NCBI GenBank assembly: GCA_964016885.1
Contig: OZ024742.1
Location: 355,322,001 to 355,386,000 of the forward strand
Source: Eledone cirrhosa
Taxonomy: Eukaryota
Reading direction: 5' to 3'
DNA: 64,000 nucleotides
Shown here: in pieces, positions 43,301 through 57,000 of the stretch
How positions within the stretch are numbered: position 1 is the first letter of the stretch
Layout of the letters: every line of letters starts with the position of its first letter
The notes under the pieces: generated by a model
What the model saw: only the letters and a program-made list of their open reading frames with translations
What the model was told of the DNA's origin: nothing
The model's database searches: none
Translations under genes and position numbers: made by a program

Positions 43301-44668
43301 AGGATGTCAACCGAATCTTGTCCTAGCCCGTCAGCATTCATCTCCTCAGTGGCCGTTTCTCTGTTCCAGGTATTATTTATCTCAGTATTCAGATCATTGT
43401 CTGCTTCGGGTGGTTCCTCCGTTCTCAGGACCTCCTCACCTTCATTTCCCGCCGGGTCGCTTGTCTGGCATACTACACCCGCCATCTCCAAGCCATTCTC
43501 TCTGCTCAGTTCCTCCAGTTCCAGCTCGCTTATCCACCCATTAGTTCTTATTACCCGAGCCTGCCCGGCCAATTTTTGTTCATCTAATTTAAATAAACCA
43601 ATCTCGTTCCAGATGCTATGCATCCGTCTCCTGTAGCCCCTCTCCTTGGGGTTACTTTTCAGGTAGCATTGCATAACAGTTCTATTCAATTCTTTCGTCC
43701 AGTTGGTTCTGGCCCCTTTCCTTCTTCTTCTTCCTCCAACATCAGCAGTATTTGGTTGACAGTCAGGTTCCTGCTGCTGAGCCAGGGGGCACCTGTTGGG
43801 TGAGAGTCTGTCACATGACGTTCTAGTCTCCATTTCACCGTTATTCGAACTGTTTATGTTCGATATTTAAACACTCTTATCGAGGATTGGCGAATGTATG
43901 TTTACATAGCCATCTGTGGATCCGCCATCCCACTTGGCCCTTGTGTGGCATTATCACCACGCTGTATACGGACACACATAAACAAACAAACACACGGGCA
44001 GAAAGGGCCCCAAAAATGAATAAGCATAAGTTTCATTGTAATGTAGTATTCGAATGTCTGACTTAGTTTTTGTTTTTTAAGTTTTACTTTTCCCCCCCTC
44101 TTCTCTGTCCGTCCGCCTGCTTCTCTCTTCATTCTTATTTTCTTTACGTTTTGGGGGTTTCTTTTTTGTTTTTGTTTTTCTCTGTTTTTCTCGTTTTTTA
44201 CTGTTGTTGCTGTGCTGCTTTTGTTGTTTGTTTTTTCTTTTTTCTTTTGAGTCTATCTATATATTTTGATGCCTTCCTCTTTGTTAGTAGTAGGAATTCT
44301 ATAATGTGGAAGTGGTAGCTAGCAGAGACTGGCGGCGTTGGCGATACTGAGACAGTGGTGGTGGTGATGTCGATACCGAGGCAGTGGTGGCGGTGATGCG
44401 ACCGTATTACTGTAGTGATGGTGCTGTAGCGGTGGCAGCAGCAGTGAAGGAGTCAGGGGGATGGTGGCGGCGGTGATGGGATAGTGGTGGTAATGATGGC
44501 CGTAGTGAGCGGTGGCGGTGAAGGTGAAAATGCTGTTGTGTTTAGTGTACACAGATGATGGGGTGGGTGGTGTATCTAGTTTCTGGTGTTGGTGAGTTTC
44601 GCTGTCCTATATAGTGTAGCCAGAGGAGATGAGGGGAGGGTTCTTCTTCTTCCATTTATAGCCATTTT
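40367..44668 (-). mobile_element. Dong-like family B copy E3, near full length, three nonsense codons (ORF 43833->40441)
   Basis: ORF pieces 42460..43833, 42277..42459, 40729..42249 and 40441..40710 are in one frame. The 5' end is truncated at the A-run before ATGGCT. Confidence 0.93.
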
Positions 44669-44669
44669 A

Positions 44670-44722
<53 letters not shown>

Positions 44723-44724
<2 letters not shown>

Positions 44725-47119
44725 AGTTGCATTTATCTCGCTTTTTGTTCATACGAGTTCTCACCAAGTCACAACCAGTGACCTCAAGAGACAACAAGGT
44801 CCGCCATGGTCAAGAAAGAATATACATATTCACACATGCATCTTTAGTGTTTAGACTTGTGATGTACTTATGTTGACAGAATCTTCCTTAGTATATGGGC
44901 AGTTCCCATCAGTACTATCTTTTGTATTTCTCCTATACGCGGGTTTCCTGGGATCTGCGATAAGTAATCGTTAGACCCCTTAGGTATCATTCCCAGAGCG
45001 CCTACAACCACTGGTATTGTTTTAGTTCTCAATTTCCACATGTTTCCAATTTCTATCTCCAGGTCCTTATACTTGCTAAATTTTTCAAATGTTTTTATAG
45101 ATACATTCTTGTCTATTGGAACAGACATATCAATTAGGAGGCATACTCTCTTTTGAAAGTCCTTCAATATTATATCAGGTCTATTTGCATCTATTTTTCG
45201 GTCTGTTTGGATGCTAAAGTTCCACAAGATTGAGATGTGATATTTTTCAAGTATGGGAGGTGGTTGATGCTCACACCAATTCATTTGATGGGGCAGGTCA
45301 AAATGCTTACACATTATCCAATGTATGTATTGTGCAGCTCTGTCATGCCTGTTTAGGTATTCGATTGAAATTATATGGTCAATGGTCTCTGGTCGTTTTT
45401 TGCATACACGGCATGATGGGCTGCACCCATTTTTTATTATGTTGGCTTGGTAATTTTTTGTTGGCAGACACTGATCTTGTGCCGATATAATCAGTCCTAC
45501 AGTCTCCGATTTCAGTCCAGAGGATGCCAACCACTGATGGGTTAAAGTTTTGTCAACATCAGGATTGTTAGCTCGCTCTGGGTATTTTCCATACAGAGGC
45601 TTTTCTTGCCATTTCTTAGCCAGTTACTCTAGCAGTTCTTTCTTTGCAGTTACTTTTACCTGCTTTGCTTTTTCTTTGTTTTCCATTTCAGCAGTAAATG
45701 GGACTTCTGAAATGTGTAGTCCATTACTGTATCTTTGTGCATCTTTTGTAATGGAATATGATCTTTTGATGCTTTCGTGTTTCAAAACGAGTTTGATCAT
45801 CCAATCATGTGATTCCCTTAGATATGTAGATAATCCAATTGTTGCAGTTTTCACCGCAATGTCTAACTGGATTAACCCACGTCCTCCTTCTTTCTTAGGG
45901 AGATATATTATATCTATATCTGCCCTAGGGTGATGCATTCTGTGCATGGTTAGAAATTTTCGAATTTTTGTATCGAGCCTACGGATCTCTGTGCTTGACC
46001 AGTTGATGACATTGTAACTGTAGGTTACTACTGGTATGGCAAGCGTGTTTATGGCATCGATCCTATTCTTTGCATTCAATTCCGTTCATAAGATTGCTCT
46101 TACTCTGCGGTAACATTCCTTCCTTATCCTTTCCCTCATTGTCGAGTGCTTGATTCCGTCTCCTTCACAATCACCTAGATATTTGTATGTTTTTTCTTGA
46201 TCAAGTTCTCTAATCACGTTCCCCCGATCAAGATTAATGTCTGAACTCTTCAGCAGCTTTCCTCTGGTGAACGTTGCTTTGGCGCATTTATCTAGTCCAA
46301 ACTCCATTTTAATGTCATCACTGAACTGCTTCACAGTGGATAATAGCCCTTGCAATTGTTCATCATTTTTTGCAAATAGTTTCAGGTCATCCATGTAGAA
46401 CAGGTGATTAATGGTTTTGTCATAGACTTTATATTCATGTTTTGTTTCATTGAGCATTTTACTTAATGGTATAAGTGCGATGCAGAATAAAAGCGGTGAT
46501 AAAGAGTCACCCCGAAATATTCCACAATTAATATTAACTTCTCCAGCTTCCAGTCATTTTGTTTCACTATTCAAAAGGAGTGTCGTGTTCCATGTCTTCA
46601 TACTGAATGACAAACCCTCCTGACAACGGGGGATATTTTGAAAATCTCTAAACATTTTTCAATCCAACTGTGTGGCAAACTATCGAATGTTTTTTTATAA
46701 TCTATCCAAGCAATCGATAGATTGTTGTGTCTATTATGACAATCTTCCAGTATCATTTTGTTAACCAGAAGCTGATCCTTACAGCCATATGAGCCTCGTT
46801 TACACCCTTTCTGCTCAATGGGAAATAGGTCATTTGTTATCAGGTGGTCATATGTGTATTCAGCTAGGACTGATGTTAAAATGTCATACATTGTGGTCAA
46901 GCAAGTTATCGGTCTGTAATTTTGGGGATTGTTTGTCTCATCATTCTTCGGAAGCAGGAATGTGATGCCGTTAACTAGCCATGATGGTATCTTTTCTGGC
47001 TCCTTAACTATTTCATTGTAAAGTTGGGCTAACAGCTCATGAGACTCTGTGAAGGCATTTATCCAAAAGTTTTGTATTTTGTCTTTTCCTGGGGATTTCC
47101 ATTTGCTGGTTTTTCTTAG
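44723..47119 (-). mobile_element. R4/Dong-like family C, 5'-truncated, decayed
   Basis: RT EQKGC, WIDYKK, YMDD; CRVC..H; RLE NRPDIILKD..IDMSVP..KYKDL; terminal GTAHILRKILST*. Distinct 3' UTR. (TTA)n flanks. Confidence 0.9.
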
Positions 47120-47149
47120 ATTATTATTATTATTATTGTTATTGTTATT

Positions 47150-50100
47150 CCTTGAATCTCAGTCATTGATGTTGGTTAACTGGAAAGTCCGTTGGATTGA
47201 ATATCAAGCCACTACCTGCAGCCTCAGATATTCAGGACGTATCGGAGGGTTCTTGCTGTTCCAAGCAAGCATGCCTTTTGAAGCGTTCCAAAAAGCGTGA
47301 AGGGGCCGATTTTCTTTAACCATCCCTGGAAACTTTTGGAGATAGTCCCCAGTGCGCCTATGACAACCGGGATCACTTTGACTTCATGGCAGTTCCAGAT
47401 CCTTTTCACCTCCCACTTTAGGTCCTGGTATCGGTTAATTTTCTCCCTCTCCTTCTCTTGCACTCTCGTGTCGAACGGGCAGGCCACATCCACAATCAGG
47501 CACGATCTTTTTTATTTGTCCACAACCACCAGGTCAGGTCTATTGTGTTCCAGTTTTTTGTCCGTCTGTATCCTAAAATCCCACAGCACCTTCACCTGAT
47601 TGTTCTCCATCACCGCCTCTGGCCTATGCTCATACCATTTCTCAGAATGTGGTGGATTGTTTACTTTGCACAGGTGCCAGTGGATCACCCTGCCCATCAC
47701 ATCGTGTCTCCAGCCCTTATAGTGGGTCTGGGCTAGGTGTTTACACTCGGACACAATGTGAGCCACAGTCTCCTCTCTCTCTCCACAGATCCTGCACAGT
47801 GGGCTGGCCTCCTCCTTGTAGATATGGTGCTTCAACCACTTCGTTTTGAGGGCCTGCTCCTGCGCAGCCATTAGCATTCCTTCTGTAGCCTTTTTGAGGT
47901 CTCCTCTTCTCAACCAGTTCCATGTCTGTTGATCTCTAAATTCAGTTTTCTCAAAGAAGGTACTATGAAGGGGTTTTCCCTTAAGGCTGCTCTTCCTCCT
48001 TGATGTTATTTCCTCCCTGGACATCCCCTGGCCTACTGTCCCCTCCTTCAGTACAGCTCTGAGCATTGGCTCCTTACTATAGGTCACGTATTTGTATAGG
48101 TTGTTTTTCTCCATCTGAACACAGTCCTCTATGCTGATAAGACCTCTTCCACCCTCAGATCTCCTAAGGTAGAGTCTATCGACATCACTCCTCTTGTGGA
48201 ACATGTTGTAGATAGTCAATAGCTTCCTAGTCTTCCTATCCATTTCTTTCTGTTCAGCAACATTCCATCTCAGAATTCCCGCACTGTACCTAATAATAGA
48301 CACAGCTCGGGAATTTACTGCGCTTATGGCATTTCTGCTGTTCAGATGTGACTTCAATACGCTCCTTACACTCCGAATGTATTCAGTTCTTAACAATTCC
48401 TTCATTTTTTTGTTCTTTATGCCATCAGCCTCCAGAACGCCCAAATACTTGTATCCTTCCTCAGAGTCAATTTCCTTTATCATCTCACCTGTTGGTATCT
48501 GGATCCCGTTACTTCTGCTCAACCTACCCCTCTTCATCACAATGACTCCACATTTACCAATACCAAACTGCATACATATATCACTGCTGAAAATACGGAC
48601 AGTGTCAACAAGCACATCCAACTCCTTCTCACTTTTCCCGAAGAGCTTAAGATCGTCCATGAAGAGGAGGTGATTGATGGTAAGCTCTCCCCTTCCCAAC
48701 TTGTATCCTGCTCTCACTTTTCGCAGCATAATGGTCAAGGGCATCAGGGCAAGGACAAACAACAGAGGGGACAGGCTATCTCCCTGGAAGATACCTCTCT
48801 TGATCTTCACGCTTCCCAAGGATACTCCAGTTGATGTCAACTCTGTCTCCCAGGACCCCATACTCCTGCCTAGCAACTGTCTGATGTTATCCGCCACCCT
48901 GAAGATCTCCAGGCTTTTGGTGATCCAGGAATGAGGCACCATGTCAAATGCCTTTCTGTAGTCTATCCATCCCATGGCAAGATCAGTGTGTCTCCTCCTG
49001 CAATTCCCCATTACCATCTTATCAATAAGCAACTGGTCCTTTGTACCACGTGACTTCTTTCGGCATCCTTTCTGTTCGTCCGGTAACAAGTTGTTTGTGT
49101 GGAGGTGATGGTAGATTTCCTCAGACACAATGCTCGTCAACAGTTTCCACATTACGGGCAGACATGTGATAGGTCTATAGTTGGTAGCATCATTACCCTT
49201 GATTCGGTCTTTCATTATCAGAACTGTGGTACCTTTTGTCAACCACTCTGGCACCTCACCCGACACCAAACAGTCATTGAACATGGCCGTCAGCTTCGGG
49301 TGGAGGGATGTTAGATGTTTAATCCAATACCCCTGCACACCATCTGTGCCTGGCGATTTCCAGTTGGTTAGTTTTTTGGCTTGTCCCTTAAGAGTTTCAA
49401 CTGTGATACTCAAATCAGTCTGTTGCTGTGCCTGCTCACCGATCTCCCTCTGTACGGTCTCAATCCACCCTGCCTGGGCATTGTGTCTAACATGCTGCTC
49501 CCATATTCCTCTCCAGAATGTTTTAGTTTGCTCCGCCCCAGGGATCAAGTCGTTGCCTCTTTCTTTGCCCTCAAGCTGTCCAAACAGCATCTTCTGGTTG
49601 TTGTCGAACATGCGGTTCTGTTTACACTGACTGACTCTGTTCTCGTATCGCCTGATTTTTGCACTCTTTGCTACAATGCGTTGCTTCAATTCCTCTATGA
49701 TAATATTTAGCTTTTTACTCCTAGTTTTGTATTTTATTTCCAGTCTATTTTTAGTGCCTACGTTTTTTAGTGTCCCATTCAGTAGTGACTCAAGCTTTCC
49801 TATGTCATTTCTCATTTCCCCGATTTGCCCACTCAGTCGCTTCTTCCACCACGGCTCTGCTCTTTCTTGTCTGTTGTTTCCTCTCGCTTTTATACCAAGT
49901 AGTTTCCTCACCGTATTTGCTGTTGCTCTGAGGATATTGTTGCACTGGTGAAGGCTCCTCGCCTCAAGGTATGGGATGACTTTGTTTACCTTAGCTGTTG
50001 TTTCTTTTAACTTTTTCCTGTCTACAAATCTTAGGTTCATAGGTCTCCCACTATCATTGTTCAATTCATCTACCACTAAATTTAGGATGTCAACCGAATC

Positions 50101-50176
50101 TTGTCCTAGCCCGTCAGCATTCATCCCCTCAGTGGCCGTATCTCTGTTCCAGGTATTATTTATCTCAGTACTCAGA
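47150..50176 (-). mobile_element. Dong-like family B copy E4, 3' non-inverted part (870-aa open RT/CCHC frame, stop inside RLE)
   Basis: ORF 47512..50124 plus 47224..47493. Confidence 0.93.
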
Positions 50177-50177
50177 A

Positions 50178-51700
50178 GGGAAGAAGACGCACGAGGTGAC
50201 GGAGGTCATGAAATCGCTCCCGTAAGTTTTGAATTTTTAACATATTTAAACCATTTGTGAAATAACAACTCTTAGCACAAATGCTACGTAAAGCACCCGG
50301 CTTGAGCCCCAAAAAATTCGGACCCCAAATATATTGTTATAAGGCTCAAATATTCAAATATTCAACTTTGTATTGTACACTGTATATCCAAAAAAAAAAA
50401 AATGGCTATAAATGGAAGAAGAACCCCTCCCCTCCTCTCCTCTGGCTACACTATATAGGACAGCTAAACTCACCAACACCAGAAACTAGATACACCACCC
50501 ACCCCATCATATGTGTACACTAAACACAACAGCCAGATAACAACACATTTTCACCTTCACCGCCACCGCTCACTACGGCCATCATTACCACCACTATCCC
50601 ATCACCGCCGCCACCACCCCTTGACTCCGCTACAGCACCATCACTACAGTAATACGGTCACATCACCGACACCACTGCCTCGGTATCGACATCACCACCA
50701 CCACTGTCTCAGTATCGCTAACGCCGCCAGTCTCCCACTTCCCTGCTGGCTGCTACTCCCACATTATAGAATTCCTACTACTAACAAAGAGGAAGGCATC
50801 AAAATATATAGATAGACCCAAAAGAAAAAAGAAAAAACAAACAACAAAACCAAAGCAGCACAGCAACAACAGCAAAAAACGAGAAAAACAAACAGAGAAA
50901 AACAAAAACAAAAAAAAGAAACCCCAAAAACGTAAAGAAAATAAGAATGAAGAGAGAAGCAGGCGGACGGACAGAGAAGAGGGGGGAAAAAGTAAAACTT
51001 AAAAAACTAAAACTAAATCAGACATTCGAACACTACATTACAATGAAACTTATGCTTATTCATTTCTGGGGCCCTTTCTGCCTGTGTGTTTGTTTGTTTA
51101 TGTGTGTTCGTATACAGCGTGGTGATAATGCCACACAAGGGCCAAGTGGGATGTCGGATCCACAGATGGCTATGTAAACATACATTCGCCAATCCTCGAT
51201 AAGAGTGTTTAAATATCGAACATAAACAGTTCGAATAACGGTGAAATGGAGACTAGAACGTCATGTGACAGACTCTCACCCAACAGGTGCCTCCTGGCTC
51301 AGCAGCAGGAACCTGACTGTCAACCAAATACTGCTGATGTTGGAGGAAGGAGAAGAAGGAAAGGGACCAGAACCAACTGGACGAAAGAATTGAATAGAAC
51401 TGTTATGCAATGCTACCTGAAAAGTAACCCCAAGGAGAGGGGCTACAGGAGACGGATGCATAACATCTGGAACGAGATTGGTTTATTTAAATTAGATGAA
51501 CAAAAATTGGCCGGGCAGGCTCGGGTAATAAGAACTAATGGGTGGATAAGCGAGCTGGAACTGGAGGAACTGAGCAGAGAGAATGGCTTGGAGATGGCGG
51601 GTGTAGTATGCCAGACAAGCGAGCCGGTGGGAAATGAAGGTGAGGAGGTCCTGAGAACGGAGGAACCACCCGAAGCAGACAATGATCTGAGTACTGAGAT
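50178..51700 (+). mobile_element. Inverted 5' part of Dong-like copy E4 (5' UTR plus first ~150 codons)
   Basis: Starts at the exact element 5' end GGGAAGAAGACGCACGAGG (same as E1 at 39529). ORF from 51246 (METRTSCDRL...) runs into (ATT)n at 51700. Confidence 0.92.
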
Positions 51701-51940
51701 TATTATTATTATTATTATTATTATTGAATGCCATGGTTGACGGAGGCTCGGCTCTGTAAGGTATAGTAATTTTTAACCGTTAAAACAATTGTAAATTGTT
51801 TAAAACTTGAACCAAATTGTTGATAAAGACACCCTCCTCCTCGTGAGAGGGGTCTTTCTGTCCGTTATTTGGCCCTTCGGGGTTAAATAACAGCTTATTG
51901 GGGTTTTGTACCCAAAATTTCATTTTAAACAAAAAGGAAC

Positions 51941-54032
51941 ATGGCTACGAAAAAGAAATTTCATACGTCACTCCCACTCATTCCGTCTTCTTCTTCCTCA
52001 ATCATCACTACAGCAGAGAGAAGATTGTCTCTCTCCCTCCCTTCTTTAAATGTGTCTCTCTCCCTCCCTTCTCTTTCGCAAGCGACGAAAGAAAAGAAAA
52101 GTCTCGTGCAAAGCGTGCAAGGTTTCTCCACGACGACGACGACAGCGACGAAACAGGTGTGCGGGAAATACGAAAACCCAGTTCAGTCGTCTGACGTCAG
52201 GAATAATAGCAGTAGCAGCCGTAATAACAACAGCAACAGTGGCAATGAAAACAACAGTAGCAGCCGCAACAGCATCACCAGCAGCATAAACAACAACAGC
52301 ATTAGCAGCAGCAACACCAACAACAACCACAGCAACAGCGGCGGAGGCAGTAGTCGTAGTACCTGCAGCAACAACAAAAATAGCAGCAGCTCTGACGACA
52401 ACAACAACAGCAGAGAAAAACCAATCTCATTTGCAGGTATTGCAGATTGGAAACAATCCTCATAACAAATGAGGAATTAGAGGAAGCGAAGAAGATGGTG
52501 ACAAAGAACGGACACCGAGCAATCTGCAAGGCAGCGAAAAATTTTTTCGAAACCCAACAGCACTGTACGGTCACGTACCGTACAGTAAGTACAAAATCCC
52601 GTAGGGTGGAAAGAGCCACAGAGGCCCAAATACAAAAAGCCTTGGGGTCTGTGTGGCAGAGGAAAACGCACATCACCCGAGGCAAAAAATACGCCACCGT
52701 AGACGTACTTTTTGCCACACCCCAGGAGGCAAAGGCCCAATCAGTAGTGACCCTAAGGAGCGAGGAAATGGTGTTGGTGCCCTCCTACTGCGGGCAAAAA
52801 ATTGTGAGGGTCAAACTGACCCACGTCCCCCCCGGAATGACCCCTTCTTGGCTGGCCGCGTCTGTCCTCGTCGGAATCGAGGACAAAAAAACTGTACTGC
52901 AAGTACAGAAAAAAGTAAGAGAAGATTGGGTCGGCTCCTCCATTGAGATGCTAATCCAAACCAACCAGGAGTGCATCGAAGCTATCCCGGATGTGATAGA
53001 CTTCGATAACGGCACTCAACTGCCCATAAGTGTTGAGGGCAAACGCCCGAAATGCTTTCGCTGTGGATCGAAGACTCACCTCAGGGCCTTCCGCAACGAG
53101 AAGACCCTGAGAAAGGAGAAAACCCCCCTCCTTCCGAATCCGGCTCCACGGCTACCAGCAACAGGACAAGCGGCAACCAGGAACGATAGGTCCGTGGCAC
53201 CCATACCCACTCCACGGAAATCAAAGACAGCAGCAGCAGTGGAAATATTAACAACAACAACAGCAATACCAAATGCAGCTGCAACAGAGACTCCAGTGCA
53301 AACATCACCAACAACAACAAGTGAAAGAGTGGAGCTGGTACCCCTCCCCGACCTTACAGAATCAGACATGGAGTGTGAGGTGGGAGAGGGATGGCAAAAG
53401 GTCGCAAGAAGGCACAAACGCAGAAGCAGCGCATCGTCGCCTTTGAAAAGGGAGGAAAGAAATGAGAAAAGGGTAAAGTCTACTGCAAAGAGACCCACAG
53501 CAGCAACACCACCAACACCATCACCACCCACACCAGCACCACCATCGCCACCGGCGACAACCCCACCGCCAACAACACCTTCAACACCACCACCACAAGC
53601 ACCAACATCGCAAACACAACAACAAAACACACACACCCAGCAACAACGACAAGAAAATAGCAGAACCACACCCCACCCCCAGAAAAACAAATGCACGGCA
53701 ATAAACACACACAACAAGAAACTAATGACTTACATAATTGAACACACAGACATTTCACAACAGGACTACATAATACCAGCACCAATCAAAACGCCAACTA
53801 ACATAAGACTGCTAAAAATAGCACATAAACAATACACAAACACTAAAACGAAATTCCCCAACGCAGTTGGTGATTTCAGGGACCTAGGAGGAACCATCAA
53901 TCGAAGAGTATATTCAGACATTCTCTAGAAGAGCCGACGACCAGCCGAAGGGACGATTCAACGGTCCCTTCACCAGACGATCAAGTGAAAAGGGATGTAA
54001 AAACCATCCCTCCTCTACCAAAAGTACGGTAA
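51941..54032 (+). pseudogene. Tx1 ORF1 (low-complexity N-terminus, RRM-like region, CCHC knuckle, Pro/Thr-rich tail), frameshifted
   Basis: ORFs 51941..52465 and 52447..53928; KCFRCGSKTHLRAF(R). Probable true end PPLPKVR* at the position equivalent to copy 3 QEVR*. Confidence 0.8.
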
Positions 54033-54067
54033 GTGGTCTTTCCCATCTTTTCCACTCTATTTTAAAC

Positions 54068-57000
54068 ATGACCTCACTCAGAATAGGCAGCATAAATGCG
54101 CGTGGCTTGGGGTCGTCATGGAAGCAGGGTCACCTGCTCAACGACCTCAGGTCACTAAACATAGATGTAGTGGCCATCAGCGAGACCAGAATCTCCGAAG
54201 CACGGGCCTTCGCACCGATCTTCGGCGGCTACGATGTGTACGCATCTCCCAGCCGTCCTGGATCGGGTGGAGGAGTTGCTGTGCTTTTTCGGAGAGGTTT
54301 GGATCTCGCCATACGGGCCATCTTCCTGGACCCAGAGGGTAAGCTGGTGGTGCTGGACGTGACCAGCGGAGACGGGCAAGCTTTCAGGCTAGTGGCCGTC
54401 TATGCCCCGACAGGAGCAGGGCGGCCTGATTTCTTCCGGCGTCTGGAGACCTTTCTTGGAACGTCCCGCTCTTTAGTGTTAGTGGGCGACTGGAACGGGA
54501 TCTTAGATGCACGCTGGGACTGTGTGGGATTAGCGGATAGGGGTGGAGGGTGCAAGAGCCTCACCAACCTGCTCAGGCGTTTTGAACTGTCTGACAGGTA
54601 CCGATTGGATTTCCCGAATGTGCCAATGTGGACTTGGACAAACCGCATAGGGTCATCCAGATCATATCTAGATAGAGTATTTTGTAGGGAAATAGATAGG
54701 TCTAGCATAGGCTGTCCACAATTCAAGATAGTCAGCTACACGGACCACAAATTCGTGACCTGTGTGCTTGACTTAGATAGGCTTCATAGACGAGGACCCG
54801 GCTACTGGAAGCTAAACGCGTCCTTACCAGCGCGCAAGGCCTACAGAGACCGGATTAGCGAACTAGTTAAGCGGGCGTTGACGGGGGCCATCGTCAACAA
54901 CAAGTGGTGGTTTGATCTGAAAAGAGCGATTAGAATAGAATCGATTAGATTTAGTAAGGCTTAGCAATAGAGAAAAATAGAGCAGAGGGAGAACTAGTTA
55001 GACAATTAGACGAGGCGCTTAGCAAAGGCATTGCGACCGACGTGCTTGCGGCGAAATTGGCCCTTGACCAATTCTTCAATGCAAAGCACGAAGGCTGCAT
55101 TGTCAGAGCAAGGGTGCGTGCTCTCAGACACGAGGGGACGAAAGCCGTTCAATGGGCCCGAGTGGCGGAGGCGCGTCGTGGCAACAAAGCCACGATCCGG
55201 TCTTTGGTGGACCACGACGGGCGCATGCTACTCGATCCCGGGCAAATGTTTGAAGCTTTTCAGCGACACTTCGCTCAGCTGTTCGGGGGCAGCGGTGGGC
55301 CGGGTAGAGGGATGGACTTTAGTGTCTACCTCGACGGACTGCCGCGGCTCTCGGCCACTGAGGCGAGGTGTTGCGAAAAGCCGATAACAGCCGCTGAAGT
55401 AAGGGAGGTAATGACTGGCTGCACAAGGGGTAAATCGCCTGGTTTGGATGGTCTGCCCTATGAACTTTACGTACAGATGCCAGACTTGTTCGGAGGCCTC
55501 TTGGCGGACGTCTACTGCAACTGGCAACAGAACGGGAGAATTCCCAGTTCTGTGAGCCGAGGAGCGGTGGCACTGCTGAGAAAGGATCCGAACAAGGGGG
55601 ATAACATAGACAATTTCCGGCCCATAACTCTGCTAAACACAGAGTTTAAGATTTTGGCCAAGGTGCTATCAAAGAGGTTGGCGCTTGTCGTTGGTGGTCT
55701 GGTGGGAGAGGCGCAGACATGCGCCATTCCCGACAGATCCATCCACGACAACCTCCACCTCATGCGATACATCGTAGAGAGGGTAGCTAGGGAACCTGGC
55801 ACGGGTGGGTCCTTGATCAATTTAGATCAGTCGAAAGCTTTCGATAGGGTCGACCATCGTTACCTAGCGGCAGTCCTGAGGGCGGCTGGCTTTGGGCCCG
55901 TCTTCAGAGGCTGGATCGCTGCCATGCACAGCGACATCTGCTCTGTGGTGAGAGTGAACGGTCACCTGTCGGAACCGTTCAACATCATGCGCTCGGTCCG
56001 CCAAGGATGTCCCCTCTCGTCCCTCTTGTACGTATTGACTCTCGAGCCATTACTGCACAAACTGGAGAGGTTGAGGGGGTCTCGCGCGAACTAGGATGCG
56101 GAAGATCCGTATCAGCATATGCGGACGATGTCACCGTAGTGGTGTCGAACGCCAAACACATCGAGGCGATCGGCACTACACTAAGAGAATACGAAGCGGT
56201 GACAGGAGCAATGATCAACCAGGAAAAGTCAGTGGGCCTGCAGCTCGGCACCTGGAGAGGCAGGTCCATGCCGTCCAACAGCGTCGTCGGACGCTGGACG
56301 GACGGACCGGTTAAATTGCTAGGGGTCTGGTTCGGTCCGGACCTCCAGACGGACAAATACTGGGACGAGGTGACGAGCAGGGTGGCTTCTCTCACCCAGA
56401 AATGGGCCGAGAGGAAGCTATCCCTGAAAGGTCGAGCGGAGGTGGCTAACGCGTACATCGCGTCCGTCATCTGCTACCGCCTGACCGTCGTACCTTGTCC
56501 TAAGCCTCGCCTGACTGTGCTGGAGCGTTTGCTCTTTCGCTTTTTGTGGAAGGGACGCGCTCCGATGGTCAGGCGTTCCATCTGTTGTCAACACCCGCTA
56601 CGTGGAGGGCTGGGCATGCCGTGGCTGATGATGCGCAGGCACGCGCTCAGGCTACGACATCTCCACCTCTTCCTCGACGGTGATCAGGTGTGGTCGCCGT
56701 TTGCTAGACGCTTGTTTCCCCAGCTCGTTTCCTTGACGGAGCTGCAGTCCTGGGTCAAGCGAAGACCGAGAGGGAGCGCCTGGAGACTGGAATGTCATCA
56801 GGCGCTCACAGCCCTCGACCAATCGGGCAATGTGATCGGTGGAAACTCCAGCTCGGCGTTCTATAGAGGATTAGTGGAGGGGAAGAGCGACGACGTACTT
56901 GGGGAAACTCTAGGCGTCGACGAAAATCAACTAGCCAATCTCTTCGGAAGAACTTTCGGGCCAGGGCCTATGGACAACTTCCAGAAATCTCTGGCCTGGC

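Noticed and set aside
35139-50260. Recurrent plus-strand ORFs antisense to the Dong ORFs, and minus-strand ORFs antisense to Tx1
   Set aside because: Shadow frames of near-identical TE copies.
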